This document shows, piece by piece, positions 62,531 to 64,000 of a stretch of 64,000 nucleotides of DNA (its first letter is position 1; each line of letters starts with the position of its first letter). Position numbers and translations under genes: made by a program. The DNA lies in contig NZ_QJSM01000036.1 in NCBI RefSeq assembly GCF_003205235.1, positions 19,432 through 83,431 on the forward strand, read 5' to 3'. The notes below the pieces were generated by a model that had not been told where the DNA came from, did not search any database, and saw only the letters and a list, made by a program, of their open reading frames with translations. The stretch is from Thermoplasma sp. Kam2015. GTDB taxonomy: Archaea; Thermoplasmatota; Thermoplasmata; Thermoplasmatales; Thermoplasmataceae.

Positions 62531-63661
62531 TTAAAACACCTTCGTGACCCTTTCGATTGCAGGCATCATCTCAGAAAACGCCTCTATGCCGTTTTCCTTC
62601 AGTATTTGCCTGCCCTCCTCCTCATGCACGCCGCTCAATCTGACAACTATGGGTATCTTGATGTCGAATTTTTTCTTGGCATCCACTATTCCCTGAGCAA
62701 CGGTATCACATTTTGTGACGCCGCCAAATATATTCACTAGAATGGCCTTTGGCTTGGCCTCTAGCACAAGGTCAAATGCATTCACCACTATGTCGACATT
62801 ATCAGTACCACCCAGATCCAGGAAGTTTCTGGGCCTGCCTTTGTGCAGCAGCAAAGCGTCCAGAGTTGCCATGGTAAGTCCTGCGCCGTTTGCAATGACG
62901 CCTATATCGCCGTCCAGTTCCACGAATGCGTATCCCTTGCTCTCCGCCTTGAGCTCCAGAGGCGTCTTCTCTGGATCCTTTATGTCGAACTCTCTATGCC
63001 TGAACATCGCATCAGAATCTATTACAACCTTGGCGTCCGCTGCTATCAGCTTTCCGTCGCTTGTCTCCACAAGAGGGTTTATCTCCACCAGTTCAGCATC
63101 CTCACCGCGATAGACGTTGTAAAGCTTCTTCAGAAGATCCAGAAACTGTTTGGATAGATCAGGACTCAGCCCCATAAATGTAGATGCTTCCCTGCCTATG
63201 AAATCGGAATATCCAAGCGATGGATCGATTATCCTCTTGAATATCTTCTCATCCGGAACCGTTTCTATTTCGACGCCGCCCATCGCGCTTGCGATGAGGG
63301 TGGGTGATCTTGCAGACCTGTTCAGCGCAATGCTGACGTAATATTCATGCTTTATGCTGAGCATATCCTCTATGAGAACCTTGGTAACTGTGAGGTTTCT
63401 CACCTTTGTTCCAAGCAGCGATTTGACCGCGTCCTTAAGTTCCTGATCGGTCTTGGCGAACTTTATACCTCCGGCTTTTCCCCTTCCTCCAAGCAGAATC
63501 TGCGACTTCACAGCCACAGGATTTGTGAGCTTTCTGACCTCATCTACGCTTGAAACAACATACCCATTGGGTACAGGTATTCCGTACTGACGGAAGATAT
63601 CCTTCCCCATGTACTCATAAAGATTCAATATACCACCGTACCAGTGATTGCATAATGTCAT
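62531..63661 (-). CDS. sucC: succinyl-CoA synthetase beta subunit
   Basis: ATP-grasp N-domain plus CoA-ligase C-domain. The canonical N-terminus MNLYEY... would start at TTG 63626-63628; the ATG at 63659-63661 gives an 11-aa extension. The ORF-track start further upstream is unlikely. Confidence 0.85.
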   Translation of the reverse strand: MTLCNHWYGGILNLYEYMGKDIFRQYGIPVPNGYVVSSVDEVRKLTNPVAVKSQILLGGRGKAGGIKFAKTDQELKDAVKSLLGTKVRNLTVTKVLIEDMLSIKHEYYVSIALNRSARSPTLIASAMGGVEIETVPDEKIFKRIIDPSLGYSDFIGREASTFMGLSPDLSKQFLDLLKKLYNVYRGEDAELVEINPLVETSDGKLIAADAKVVIDSDAMFRHREFDIKDPEKTPLELKAESKGYAFVELDGDIGVIANGAGLTMATLDALLLHKGRPRNFLDLGGTDNVDIVVNAFDLVLEAKPKAILVNIFGGVTKCDTVAQGIVDAKKKFDIKIPIVVRLSGVHEEEGRQILKENGIEAFSEMMPAIERVTKVF

Positions 63662-64000
63662 AATAACGTTTTTCGATTCACTTTTTATTGAGAAGCTTGG
63701 GGTTCGTGGGAGCTTTAAAACTCCATCTTCATAAATGAGATACACAGTTTACCCTTGATAATTAAATTTAATGAAAATTTTGCATGACCACTAGTAACAT
63801 GGCCTATTGCAGTACGAATATACGTAAATGGAGACCACAATACGTTGTTTGAACGGGATATACCAGTACAGTTAGATATACCTTCATGACTGTTGCCTCA
63901 GACCATTCAGCTGAAGAGTAGCTCACATAAAACCATGATTAAAGTTCAGGATTCGACTAAATCAGCAAGTCACATCGAAGCTATTCTTCATCCTAGGTAA

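Overview
This window is a gene-dense, low-GC archaeal chromosomal segment of about 64 kb. Several proteins (20S proteasome alpha subunit, thermosome beta-type subunit, an MDD-family 318-aa protein) look, from memory, almost identical to Thermoplasma acidophilum, so it is most likely Thermoplasma or a close Thermoplasmatales relative. This cannot be confirmed without a database.

Main blocks:
- 1-14.4 kb: the canonical archaeal ribosomal-protein superoperon on the minus strand (uL3, uL4, uL23, uL2, uS19, uL22, uS3, uL29, SUI1, Rpp29, uS17, uL14, uL24, eS4, uL5, uS14, uS8, uL6, eL32, eL19, uL18, uS5, uL30, uL15, SecY, archaeal Adk, DUF106/Oxa1-like).
- 14.7-21.3 kb: a short-chain epimerase-like gene, DedA, a site-2 protease, tRNA-Gln, the wyosine radical-SAM enzyme Taw1, and the thermosome.
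- 21.3-28 kb: a thiamine-gene neighbourhood (thiE, a PurM-like gene, thiD, an HTH regulator) that brackets an unusual APC permease plus two orphan OppD/OppF-type ATPases.
- 28.2-31.5 kb: a tRNA-binding protein, RFC large subunit, Sec61beta, two hypothetical proteins, and tRNA-Pro.
- 31.6-39.5 kb: SPFH, then the conserved archaeal exosome/proteasome superoperon on the minus strand (KsgA, DUF655, RpoF, eL21, Pus10, RpoP, eL37ae, Rrp42, Rrp41, Rrp4, SBDS, PsmA).
- 39.6-44.8 kb: an MFS transporter, a GC-rich structured non-coding region, tRNA-Ser, eL15, and a divergent GHMP-kinase / MDD-family (mevalonate-3-kinase-like) pair.
- 45-50.3 kb: a tandem-USP protein convergent with kdpFABC.
- 50.5-64 kb: Elp3, GGPP synthase, XerA, Rpe, a Zn-ADH, eL40, PurQ, a dihydroorotase-like gene, a METTL5-like methyltransferase, OTC, and SucD/SucC.

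No CRISPR array, transposon or obvious provirus was seen. Five real genes fall below the 60-aa ORF threshold and were found by hand: uS14, Sec61beta, RpoP, eL40 and KdpF.
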